Source of the DNA: Callorhinchus milii
Lineage: Eukaryota
NCBI RefSeq assembly: GCF_018977255.1
Contig: NW_024704742.1
Location: 129,148,001-129,212,000, forward strand
DNA length: 64,000 nt
Direction: 5' to 3'
Part shown: positions 26,740-38,800 of the stretch, piece after piece
Numbering within the stretch: the first letter of the stretch is position 1
Layout of the letters: each line of letters opens with the position of its first letter
Notes under the pieces: model-generated
Seen by the model: only the letters and a program-made list of their open reading frames with translations
The model's database searches: none
What the model was told of the DNA's origin: nothing
Program-made: the position numbers and the translations under genes

Positions 26740-27460
26740 TTGTGGGAAGAACCCAGCATTATTTGGGCAAAATCTTAGGCAACTTTCCTTACTCCACATG
26801 CCTCCAGCAGTAAGTAGGAACCCGGTTATTAGTCGATTGGCAGATCACATTCCGGGGCTAATAATCTCTTCCAAAAAATTAAATAATTAATAATAATTTG
26901 GTCACTCAATACAGAACTGTTTATGGGACATTGTTTGTGCACAATTGGCTGCCATGTTTCAGCTACAAAACACAGAGTCACTACACACTACAATATATTC
27001 TGTGGAGCATTTTGAAACATCTCAACAACATGATAAGGTGCTAAATCAAATGCAAGGATGGAGTTCTTGTGGAATCCTGTTGCTTAGTGGTTAGAGCACT
27101 CACCTCACAAGCGAGACACCTGGGTTCAATTCCCAGCAGGTCGAAATGTTGGGCAAGTTTCCTTGCTCCACACGCCTCTGTTTATCTAGCAGTAATAGGA
27201 ACCTGGTTGTTAGTCGATTGGCGGATCGCTTTTCTGGAGCTAATAATTCCTATATAAAAAATAATAATTAATTGGCGACTTCAATCCACAGCTGTTTGTG
27301 CGACACTGCTGTGTACAATTGGAGGCAGCGTTTCGCCCACAAATATACAGTCAATTCACTTTACAATATATTCTATGAAGTGCTTTGAGACATCTTGAAG
27401 ATGTCATAAGGCGCTATATCAAATGCAAGGAATATTATTATTAAGGATAATTATTATTAC
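26740..27460 (+). mobile_element. Two head-to-tail SINE family A long copies (26740-27058 decayed; 27069-27460 full)
   Basis: Two successive ggcaa.tttcctt.ctccaca...tcaaatgcaagga units. Confidence 0.85.
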
Positions 27461-28380
27461 TGCCTGATGGACCCTTGATATAAATGTTCTGGGACTTGCA
27501 ACCTCTGGTAGAGATCAGAGGCTCACTTCTGTTAATAAGATCTAGGCCATATCAAATCGCAATCGTTGAATATTCTACTCAAACATGCAGTCCCAATGAA
27601 GCGTATTTATTAAATGTACGACATTCTCTTCATTGCGGCTGTGTCGTCTGTGATGTATCTAAAGTAATAAAACGCATTTAAGGGACGTCTTCTAAACTGT
27701 TATTTGTTGGAGAACTGCAAAAAGATGGCAGGATGCCTGCGTAGAATTATGTCATTGCTTTGATGTTTGGAGCAGTCAACGTTTTTTATTAATCAAAGAC
27801 AGTTGTTTCCTGTCCGTTGACGATCATGTATCCCACGGAATATTATTCACCTAACAGGAATCTGTACTGACATTCCCAAGTAATTCACAGCGACTTATTC
27901 CAGTCTCTGGCAACCAATGTTTACGGTCATGAAAAAAATGTGCAGAGAATCTTTGGAAGGGCGGATAAGTGTAATTTTGAGATTAGCTTCGCAATTTTGT
28001 GATTACTTCTCCTTCTTATATGTTCCCATGGGTTGTAGCATTATCAAGGGGTATGAAGAAAGGGCTTTGGGTTTAAAAGATCTGCCAAGGTCTAGGAAAT
28101 TGGTAGAACAGGCTCAATGGACTGAATTAACTCCTCCTGTTTTCCTATGTCCCTATTAATGAGAGCCTCATCTGACATCAAGCTCTAATTCAAGCACTTT
28201 GAGAGGTCTCAATGACTTGATAAGGTGCTGTATCAAATGCTATAATCAAAGGATTATTGTTATTGTTATATTATTATTATTAGAAATTAGCAAGCCTCTG
28301 GTGATCTCACTTTGTCTCTCCCACCCCCACCCCCCTACCAATCCCACCACCAGGGTCCTATGCAAAACATATACTTTAAA

Positions 28381-28700
28381 ATAATAATAATAATCCTTGT
28401 ATTTGATATAGTGCTTTTCACGTCTTCTAGACGTCTCAAAGCGCTTCACAGAAATGTACTGTAAGGTGAATTGACTGTATATTTGTGGGTGAAACCCGGC
28501 AGCAAATTACACACAGCAGTGTCCTACAAACAGTCGTGGATTGAAGTGATCAATTTTTTATTATTGTTTTTTTTTCTTGAGGGATTATTATCAGGCATGT
28601 GGAGTAAGGAAACTTGCCCAAAGTTTCGCCCTGCCGGGAATCGAACCTAGGTCTCTTGCTTGCGAGGCGAGTGCCTTAACCACTGAGCTACAGGACTCTA
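28381..28700 (-). mobile_element. SINE family A, short variant, full length
   Basis: Intact head (gagtcctgtagctcagtggtta...ggttcgattcccggcagggcgaaac) and (ATT)n tail. Confidence 0.9.
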
Positions 28701-29329
28701 TGTCTCTACTTTGAGACATTTTGATGACATGATTAAGAGCAATATGAAATGTAAGGTTTATTATTAAAGTTTAGCAGCTGTATCAGTGAAGGGAAATTGG
28801 CGACAATAATAGAAGATTGTTAATTCCAGAAGCAATACCCAAACTGGAAAGCACAGAATTGGTAAACAAATCCCTAAAACTATTTGTGCTTCATAAATAT
28901 AAAAGATTATGGCTTTGCCTGCAGTGTTCATCACATAAACATATTTGTTCCTATTTTTGTACTGTCGGGAAGATTGAGGCAAATTTACTGTCAAGCAGAA
29001 CATAGTATTCTTGGTGTAAAAAAAAATTTTTGCGGGCAGTTTATACACAAAACCACATTTTCCAAAGTCATTTTCACAGTTGTTTGCAAACCAATAGTGT
29101 CTGGATGCCAGGAATACAGACAGTCGGTCAATTTCAGATATTTCCAAAACTTCACATTGTGAATAAGACACCATTGAACTAGTGTTTAATACCCTTGAAA
29201 ATTTTAGCCAATGTTTTTATTATGTTTATTTTAAATACATAAATGTGATGATTCACTGTCTCTACAACATTTATTATTTATGCTCATCCTTACTGTGAGT
29301 TAGTCAGTTGTAGGTAAAAGCCCCACATT

Positions 29330-29550
29330 GGAACTTGGAATTCACAAGTGTAGGCTTACACCCCAGTGTGGTGTTGGGGGAGCACCGCATTGTTAGAGGT
29401 GTGTCTTTGGATAAGGTGGTAAATTAAGTCCCGTCTTGCCCTTTCAGGTGGACATTAAAGATCCCATGGCACTATTCAAAATGAAAGGGAGCCAGCAATA
29501 CTTCAGCTAAAATTGGTCACTCACTTGCTGTGTACAAATTGGCTATCTCT
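29330..29550 (+). mobile_element. Deu-domain SINE (family B) fragment
   Basis: caggtggacattaaagatcccatggcactattc. Confidence 0.7.
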
Positions 29551-31789
29551 TTTCACTTACGAATAGTAACATTGCAATGCCCAAAGAGTTAATTGTCTGA
29601 AAATTATCTGCATCTTTCCCTGCATCTGCTTCTTTGATAGGAATATCTATCCATAAAATAATAATAAAGATGTATACAGACTTGTAACTCAGCAATAACA
29701 ATTTACATTTATACCGTGCCTTTCACCTCAACAACATTTCTCAAAGAGCTTCACATGGCTGATTCACTCATACTTTTGAAGCTGATATCTCTCTTAGGTG
29801 TCCACAGATGACTGAATGGTCGACGATAGCACAATAAAGATAATGGGTTGCTTTCAAATATCCTATTACTTATCACATATCTTGCGTCATCTTCTTATCT
29901 AAAAATAGAAGCTGCATGAATAACAATAATGCAAGATTATTGGTGAAGGTTTATCATCTGGGTACTTTCTGTGTCCCCAGGGAGATTTGTGGTCCCACTA
30001 CTCAATAATGCAGAGACTGCAAGTGTCAGAATCTGTACTACCTATGTGTCTGGGTCTGCATCATTAACAACACATGGCGTCAGATGTATTAAGTGTCTCC
30101 CTAAGATCTGTTTATCTTTTGAGGTACAGATGCATTGTACGTCAAGGCAAGCAATATCTATCAAATGCATTGATTCTCAGATTCCCAGCTACTATATAGA
30201 GAGCAGTCGCGTTGTTCCTACTCAGCTCCTTTTATTTCTTAAAAGGCAACAAGATATGTAATTCTCAAATAACACAGATATTCTCTGTCTTATTTGAAGC
30301 GTTAGTTTTATCCAAACAATACAGTGAACACATTTTAATGACAAAGGTATTCAGCCTTGACACAGAGTTTGCTTTCTGCTTAGTACAGTTGCCAAAATAT
30401 CCCAAACTAACCCACCGCATGGAGCAAATGACAAATGTTGTAGAAATATACAGCATCTATTGGGATCCTGTGGTAACATTGCAAAACATGTGTTCTTCAA
30501 GAAAAGGCTTATTAACAGTTGAATCTCATTATACCAAGTGAGAATTTCTATAACAGAGGGATTCACCAGACAGATATTCCATTGGCCTTAGTTCATTGTG
30601 ATTATTCAGAGCTGTGCCAGCTACGTCACGTATAAATGTGCACTCTGCCACAATAACTAAAGCAACCCACTAGCGATGATGCCCAAAACCAAAACACGGA
30701 TCAGCTCAGCAAAGAATAATGCAACACTTTGGAGAGCAAGGCAAATCAGGGGCACATTATTTTGGGGAACATTGTGCAGGCTGCCATGACAAGCCAAATT
30801 CGGCTAATTCGTTTGGGTTATTTACTACAGTTCTAACATCTGGGATTGTTAACATGCTCGCTCATTAAGAGAACAGATTCAAGCCTTTAATTGCTGTGGA
30901 CAGCTACATGTGGATTTCATTTGACAAGGTGATCAGAATATACAAGTGATGTATGGCGGCTTAGGGCATGTTAGGACACAAATAGATGCAAACAGTCTGC
31001 TTGATTTTCAACTTAACAAAACCCCACAACTCTTCAAGCCTGGGAAGCAGTGGGTCTTTGTTGAGTTGAAACCAAAGAATCTAAGGCAAGAAATGGTTTT
31101 ACCCTTAAAAATATTAGGCCCAATGGTGTGTTTCCATGATTCAACAACAGCAACAACTTGCATTTGTATAGTGCCCTTCACATGGGGAAGCATCTCAGAG
31201 CATCAAGCAATGGCAGAATTTGAGGCTAAGCTATTGAGAAAGAGGTGGTGAAGAAAAATGCTTTCAGGTGAACAACAACAAATTACATTTATATGGCGCC
31301 TTTCACATTGGAAGGTGAAGGGGTTGAGGCATGGAGTTCCATAGGTTCGAGACTGACAAAAAACATAGTTTGGTCACTCTATCTACGACTGTTTGTGGGA
31401 CACCGCTGTGCGCAATTGGCTGCCCGTTTCGCCCACAAATATACGTGAATTCACTTTACAGCATATTCTGTAAAGCGCTTTGAGATGTCCAGAAGACGTG
31501 AAAAGTGCTATATCAAATGCAAGGATAATTATTATTATTATTTAGTGGCTGAAGGCAAGGCGCCAATGGTGGAATGGAGAGGTCAGGGGATGCACAGAAG
31601 CCATATATGTAATTGTACGTCCATGTCTACACCAAAGAGGTTAATCATCTATAGTATCTTGCAGACCTGCCTGGCTTAGCTGTTGGATCACTGAGGCTAA
31701 ATGTGAGTGAATCATTCCACTTCACTCCCTTTACTGATGTAAATCACCATAAAGCCAACTCAATGCCACAGAGACACAGATGTTTCTTC

Positions 31790-32080
31790 AATGTCCCACA
31801 ACTAGCCATGAAGTGAGTGACTATTTTTAAAAATCTGATGGATTGTTGGCTTGGACACAGGAGAAACTCCCTTCTCTTTTATGCAGCACCATGACCACCT
31901 GAACAGGCAGACGGGATCTCAGTTTAATGTCTAATCCCAACGATGACACCTCCAACAATACAACAATCCCCACACTGCATTGGAGTGCCATCTTAGACTT
32001 TATGAGTTCCAAGGCCCGACATTGGGAATGAACCCACAACCTTCTGACTCAAGAGGCGAGAGTGCTACCGACTGAGCAGG
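31790..32080 (-). mobile_element. Deu-domain SINE (family B)
   Basis: Head (gaacccacaaccttctgactca...gagagtgctaccgactgag on +) plus Deu core. Confidence 0.8.
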
Positions 32081-32906
32081 ACTGATTATATTAAGGCTAG
32101 AGGGTTCATTCCATGGAGATATGTATGATAATAATGCACAAGATATTAGTTATTTTTTACAGTAAATCAGTATGATTTATGATCGCTTTTTGGCAGCTGT
32201 TATTTTTAAGTTTGATACTCAAACTCCTAGTTTACTGCTCATTTCCTCTTGGAGGCTACAGATGTCTTATCATCTGTTTTTCTAATAAAGCCTATCTTTG
32301 TATTTTTCCTGCGCAGAAGGCAATCTTTACGTCATGTAGAACTGTTGAGGTTGAATTCTGACAAATACATAAACGTTTGTAAAATACTGTGGTACTGCCA
32401 TCAGTTTTACTTTGAATTGAAGATAAAAATCATCAACCTTGACCTTCTTTGAACTGTTGGTCAATTTAAATATTCGTTCATCGTTTCAGTCTGCACAAAA
32501 AACAATGGGAGGTGTTCAACAAAACAAAGAGAAGGGCAATTAGTGGTCAGATTTAATAGTGATAATAAAAATAATAATAATCCTTGCATTTGATACGTCT
32601 CAAAGCCCTTCACAGGATTTATTGTAAAGTGTAATGGAACTCTGAAACACCCTGCCTCAATCCCTCCAACTCATCCCCTCTTTATCTTTAAATCCCACCT
32701 TAAGACTTACTTCTTCAACAGCACTTAAGCTCACTCCGCACTCCCCCTTCTCCGTTGCTCGTAGTCTAACCTCGGCACTTACAGCGCTGCTAGGTGAAGA
32801 TTGCTATATGAATGCAAGTTGATGTTCTTATTGTGTTATAGTGCTCTGAGACTCTATCCTGCATCAAGGGTGCAATGTAAGTGCAAGTTGTTGCTGTTGT
32901 TGTATA

Positions 32907-33644
32907 TTGACTGTCTTTCTGACATCAAGTCCTGGATGAGAGCCAACCTGCTACAGCTGAATGTCAGCAAGATTGAGGCCCTCCTGATTTGCTCACACCT
33001 CAGGCACTGGCAGCATCAGCATCCATGGTTGCACACTCCACCTCACCAAGCCAGTTAGGAACCTGGGCATTTTGTTCGACACTCAATTGTCCTTTCTCCC
33101 CCATATCTATGTTATGACCCACTCTGCCTTCCCACCCCACCTCCGCAACATTGCCCAACTCCACCACTGCCTCACCCCTCAGGCCGCCGAACCCTCATAC
33201 ACGCATTCGTCACCTCCAGGCTCGACTACGGATATTCCCTCCTTGTCGGCCTCCCCAACTCTTCCCTCCACAAACCGCAGATCATTCAGAGCTCTGCAGC
33301 TCGTGTCTTCTCCTGCACCAGGCTCCGTGATCCCACCACTCCCACCCTCGCCCGGCTCCACTGACTCCCCATCCCTCAGAAGATAGAATTCAAAATGCTC
33401 GTCCTCACTTTCAAGGCCCTCCACAGCCTTCACTTCACTCCTTCTCTTGCCTCCTTCAAGGAACAACTCAAGACTCTCCTTTTTGACCATGCCTTCAGCC
33501 ACCCTCCTAACCCCCTGCCCTCCTTCATCCCAACCCTGACCCCGTCGCCCCACACTTGGGTCCTGATCCCTGACTGTTCAGCACCTTGGGATGTCATCCC
33601 GAGGTGAAAGGTGCTTTACCAATGTAATTTTGCTGTTGTTGTTG
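32907..33644 (+). mobile_element. L2 (alpha) 3' fragment
   Basis: DCLSDIKSWMRANLLQLNVSKIEAL and MLVLTFKALH, then the L2-alpha terminus and GTT tail. Confidence 0.9.
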
Positions 33645-33754
33645 TATGTATTTGGTAGGCAATTTAAGTAGTATTTTAGAAACTGCAGAATTTGCCAAAG
33701 TCTTAAATGCAATCTTATGTTTTTTAAATTAAAAAAAGTTATTAAGATTGGACG

Positions 33755-33935
33755 CAGATTCAATAGTATCCTTCAAAAGGTAATTGGATTTGTACTTGAA
33801 AAGGAAAAAACATTGCAGGGCTATGGGATAGGAGCGGGGGGAGTGGGACTTGTTAGTAGCTCTTTCAAAGAGCCAGCAGGGGCACGATGGGCTGAAAGGT
33901 CTCCTTCTGTGTTATAAGATTCTATCATTCTATGA
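33755..33935 (+). mobile_element. CR1 3' end
   Basis: ttcaaaaggtaattggat...gatgggctgaaaggtctccttctgtg...attctatcattctatg (CR1 hairpin plus octamer tail). Confidence 0.75.
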
Positions 33936-34935
33936 AGATACATTTTCTGTTCTTTTTAAAAGCTAATGAAAACCGCTTGAAAGTGAAGTCTGAATTCAAC
34001 AATTTGCCAAATTCTGGATGTTTTAAAATGCAAAGCACAGTGAACTCCTGATAATAAGACATTAGCTTCTATCATCACATGACATATATATTATCATACT
34101 GTCATTATCCTAGCTAATTCCCATGCAAAATGGACACCCCACCCCCCCACCACCCCTTTATTTCATCACTTGCTTATAACATATAAAATCTCATTCTATT
34201 CATCCCAGTAAGTAAAATATTGGATATATCATCGGAATGAACTTACTTGCACCAGTGTCATCCATGCCCTGTGCTTGAGCCACTCAGTAAACTCACAATG
34301 AGCGGTCTGGTACTGTGGGTAAAGGTCACCCTCGCCCTCAGCCAGCCACAGGGTAGCTGTATTGACTGTTGTGGCAAGATCTCTGTGAATAAAAACTTTA
34401 GACCTTGCCTTCTGTGAGGTCTCTACCTGATTGTTAAAACCTGAGTGACTCAGGTTGTTAATATGAGGAACATTAACCCAAAGTTTTTCATATACACATT
34501 TGCCTAAACATAAACATATACTGTATACTTTATGTACGCTATATAGTTCATGTTTATGTATAGACTTACTTAACTTAAACAAGTGGGGGCTGGGGACGTT
34601 CTGTCACACTGACAGCTGCTCACTCTACGCAGGTGCAGTGTGTGTTGGTGTCGGTCCTCCTGGCCTCAGGAACCCCTAATGGAGCCAGAGGACTCATGCC
34701 TACGTGGTCACCCTAGATTGAGTCACTGACCATTTTTCTCTGGAGTGATGATATATCAGGAGTTCACTATAAACATAGTAATCAAGACCCAGATGGAATT
34801 TCTCCCTATTGAACACTGTGACATAGATTCATTCCTTCTTCCCAAGAACATATTTAGTTGCCTCTTGAAATCATCTGCATCAGATGGCGTTTCCTTGTAC
34901 ATTATTCCACAAGCCATTTACTTTATGTGTATGTA

Positions 34936-35241
34936 AATAATCTAATAATAAACCTTGCATTTGATATACCATTTTTTCATGTCGTCTAGACGTCTCAAAA
35001 TGCTTCACAAAATATACTGTAAAGTGAATTGACTGTATATTTGTGGGCGAAACGCGGCAGCCATTTGCTCAGAGCAGTGTCCCACAAACAGCTGTGGATT
35101 GAAGTGACCAATTTTTTTTTGAAGGATTATTATCAGACGTATGGAATAAGGAAACTTGCCCAAGGTTTTGTCCTGCAGGGAATTGAACCCAGGTCTCTCT
35201 CTTGTGAAGGGAGTGCTCTAATCACTGAGCTACAGGACTCC
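34936..35241 (-). mobile_element. SINE family A, short variant
   Basis: Full head and tail. Confidence 0.9.
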
Positions 35242-35339
35242 TGCAATGTAAAGACATTCCTTCTGACTTCTCTTCTTAATCCTCTTTCCTTGTGTTGACT
35301 GGTATTTGAGACCTTCTCATCAGTGAAGAGTCCAAATTC

Positions 35340-35660
35340 AGCCTGTCAGCTTAGCATAGTTGTTAGTATTCCAGTTCCTGGGTCAGAAGGTTGTGCGTTC
35401 AAACCCAACATTGGAGGGACATTGAGTTTATTGGCTGACACTCAATGCGGTATTTTTGGAGCTGTCATCCTTTAGATGAGATGTTAAACCAGAATCATGA
35501 CTGCCTGTTGAGAATATCTCAAAAGAGAATAGATTATCCTGGCCAACAATCCTCCAGATAAATTGTCCAATTCAGTTCTGATCTGGTTGTGACATTGTTG
35601 GGCATCAGTTAGCTGTTGTTTGTCTACAAATACATAGTTAGTACTGTAAAGTAAAGTGCT
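35340..35660 (+). mobile_element. Deu-domain SINE (family B), decayed
   Basis: gtcagaaggttgtgcgttcaaaccc head and gatgagatgttaaacc core. Confidence 0.7.
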
Positions 35661-36519
35661 TTCAGATTATGGGTGAAACAATCAATGCAAAGATTATTTC
35701 CATGCGTTTTAAAACATCTGTCATTTTGCAGTCTTGCCCACTTGCAATCCACAGGCTACCGTGTACGTTGTATGGGTGATGAGCCAGTAGAAATCCTGCT
35801 TGAGCCCAACTCCTGGCAATGTGTAGTGGAGATGATTTCAGGAGCCTGCCGTTCACACCTGTTACAGTAGACACACAGCAGGTGGGAACTGTATAAGGCT
35901 AGTTTGCCGGTCAGTCATTGGAAGTTCTCAGGTGATACAACGGAGGATCCTACTCAGCTTTTCTTATTGCTATTAAGGAGCTTATTGAATGACTGTCACA
36001 ATGCGAGCATTAAAACGTGAGACAGAGTTAGTTTACTTCATATGTTCAGAGCACGAAAATTGGATGTTTATTTATTTACAGCCAACTCGATCCGATGTGG
36101 AGTGTGGAGTGGGAGGCAAAACTCGGACTTCTTGCTCCACGTTATTTTATGGGAGAGATGAGGCTCAGCTCCTAGCAGTAAAAACACAGCATCAATCTCC
36201 CAGTCAATGTTCTGGGTTAACTAGGTTTCTGTTATTCCAATTCCAATTACATCAAACTTTTGCTGCAACATATGTTTGCAATTCCACAAATGGTTTCCGT
36301 ATGCTTCTAATGTTAATATTAAAACCATTTTGGTTTTCTCCACTGTTTTATTCTCTTTCCTTTTTTTTGCCCTTTCTATTCCCTTTTCTCACACAATATT
36401 TACTTCACAGCATTTTCTCCTGGGGTTCTCCGGGGGTAGATTACAATTATTACAATCACTACAATTTGAGCCTGTTCCTTTAATAACAACTTGCAACCAA
36501 CTTCTATAACATCTTTCAG

Positions 36520-36860
36520 GTATAATAATAATAATAATAATAATCCCTGCATTTCATATAGCATACACCTTTCGTGATGGGGGGATACTGTCTGAAGATA
36601 CTGTAAAGTGGGGTGACTATTCTTGTACACAGACATGGCAGGCAATATGTGCACAGCAATGTCCCACCACCATCAATTAAGTGAATGACCAATTTTAGTT
36701 GAGCAATTGTTGACTAAGACACCAGGAAAATACTCCCTTCTCTTTTTGAATAAGGCATTGAATCGTTAACATCCAAGTGAACAGGCAGACTGGACCTCAG
36801 TTTAACATCTCATCTGAAGGATAGCACCTCCAACAATACAATCCCCCAGCACTGCACGTC
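36520..36860 (-). mobile_element. Deu-domain SINE (family B), partial
   Basis: (AAT)n tail, 3' module and Deu core. Confidence 0.75.
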
Positions 36861-37477
36861 CTCCTGATGTGAAAGGAACTATTCAAATGTAAGTTATCGT
36901 TGCAGTGTCAACCTAATGGATAATGGTTAACGAGATAATGACGACCATCTGATTAACAACTGAACCAGACTGATGCACAGAACTTTCTGTCCGGTGTTTA
37001 TTGTTTTGTTCTAGCTGACTTTTCATGATTCATTATTGTCTAATCATTTTGTCTAATGCTAATGAACCAAGCTTTGTGTTATCTATATTTGAAGTCTTAG
37101 CCCTTCCACATCCAATGACAAGCCAACTCCTCATTGTACATCAGCAACTAGAATATCAGCTCCTGCTCAGTTCACACTATCTCTTTTTAATCAACTCCCA
37201 AAACAATTCCAGTTGTCAATAAATCCAATGCAGTTCCCCCAGGTACATCGAACCAACATCTCACCATAATCCTCTTTATGAACTTTTGAACTTTGCCCCA
37301 GACAGCCAGTAAGCAGAATATATGCATTTTCATTCCTTTTCTTTCAATTTCAGATAAGTCCTGGGAACTTAAACGTGTATTGATAATTCTGCAGTCCTCA
37401 CAACTTATTAGTTTCTACCAACTAGCCACTTCGTAATCCAGTTTGATATGCAGTTGGGAATCTATCACATGAACCTT

Positions 37478-37846
37478 GGGGTAAGCCACATATGACCAGT
37501 GAGGGGCGAGAGGAAAAAACTTTGCGTAGATGAAGTGATGGGGGTTCGTTAAGTAAGACTCAAATCAGGCAAGTGCGGTCCCTCTGAGGTGCATGAGAGA
37601 CAAGAAGCGGTGGAGAAGGATAGCATGATCAATATTGTCGAACGCAGCAGAGAGGTTGAGGAGGAGGCAGAGGCAGCCCTGGTTACAGAGAAAGCGGATG
37701 TAATTCATGACTTTGATGAGCGCTGTCTCTGTGCTATGAGCAGAGTAGAACCCAGGCTGGAGGGATTTAATTAGGAAGAGGAGGTAGAGTTGTGAGCAAA
37801 GTTGATTTGCAACAATGCGTTTCAGAACTTTAACAAAGAAAGGCAA
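37478..37846 (-). mobile_element. L2 RT internal fragment
   Basis: LQPGFYSAHSTETALIKVMN..LLLNLSAAFDNIDHAILL. Confidence 0.9.
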
Positions 37847-38599
37847 ATCAAATGCCTTTCTGAAATCCAACCAATTAACAACCATCTTCTCACTCTATCT
37901 GCCAGGCCTGTAATATCTTGAAATATGTCCAGTACATTTCTTAAATGCAATCTTCCATGGTGGCTATTTCTGATGTGCCCATTGAGCTCAAGATGATCAC
38001 CATGCTATCATCGCATTATGGTTTCAGGCATTTTTTCCCAGAATTTAATGCAATTTAATTGTAGCTCTATATTTTGGTGACTAGTCCCCAGTCCCTCGTT
38101 GAAGATGGGAGTCGCATTTGCTATTTCTAGGCTTCTGTGAATTGGTCCAAGTCCATGAACTCTGATCTCTCATTTAGGTAATATTAAAAGATTGAAGAGA
38201 GGAAAGCTATCTGCAGCTACAGTAGTCACTCACTGTGTTGTTCCATTGCATGGTCAAACTTGACAAAGCAACGGAGAAAAAACGTGGTCGTACATGTTAA
38301 TCTTTGATCAGAAAGATAACTGCGATCACTTGGCGGGTGCCAATCCTGTTGTTGTTTTCAACAATTACATGATTGTAATCGATTCAACAAAGGAAATATT
38401 TTAAATTAGACTGGAAGTAGGCATATATTGACTGTACAATGTGTAAGACCATAGCCATAGTCACAAAGATAAGAACAGATGAAAATTCTGGTGATTTTAT
38501 TGTAAAAGATTTGTTGGGTGGGGAGGGAATATCACTTGAAGTTACATGTTTCCTAAGACAGATTTTTTTTCTGTTCTTTACACTTCCTGTTTCTCCATT

Positions 38600-38800
38600 G
38601 CTGAGGCCAGCTTTCTATCCAACTCATTTATTTGCATGAGTTTCAACCTTCCTATTAAAAGTCTCACATGTAGAACTTTCCCAAATATTTTCTGAAATTT
38701 GAAATGAATTATGTCCATCAGGTAGCCATCGTCCATTAGTTCAGTTACTTCCTTAAAGAATTCCAGTTGAACTGTGAGGTGACTATGAACTGTTCCTAAA
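38600..38800 (-). mobile_element. CR1 RT fragment
   Basis: QLEFFKEVTELMDDGYLMDIIHFKFQKIFGKVLHVRLL matches CR1 LLEFFEEVT..VD.G..VD..YLDFQKAFDKVPH.RLL. Confidence 0.85.

Noticed and set aside
35673..36483. ORFs of 65-164 aa in unique-looking DNA as exons
   Set aside because: No recognisable protein similarity and no convincing paired splice sites.
38329..38344. NFI palindrome ttggcgggtgccaa
   Set aside because: The spacer is 4 nt rather than the required 5.
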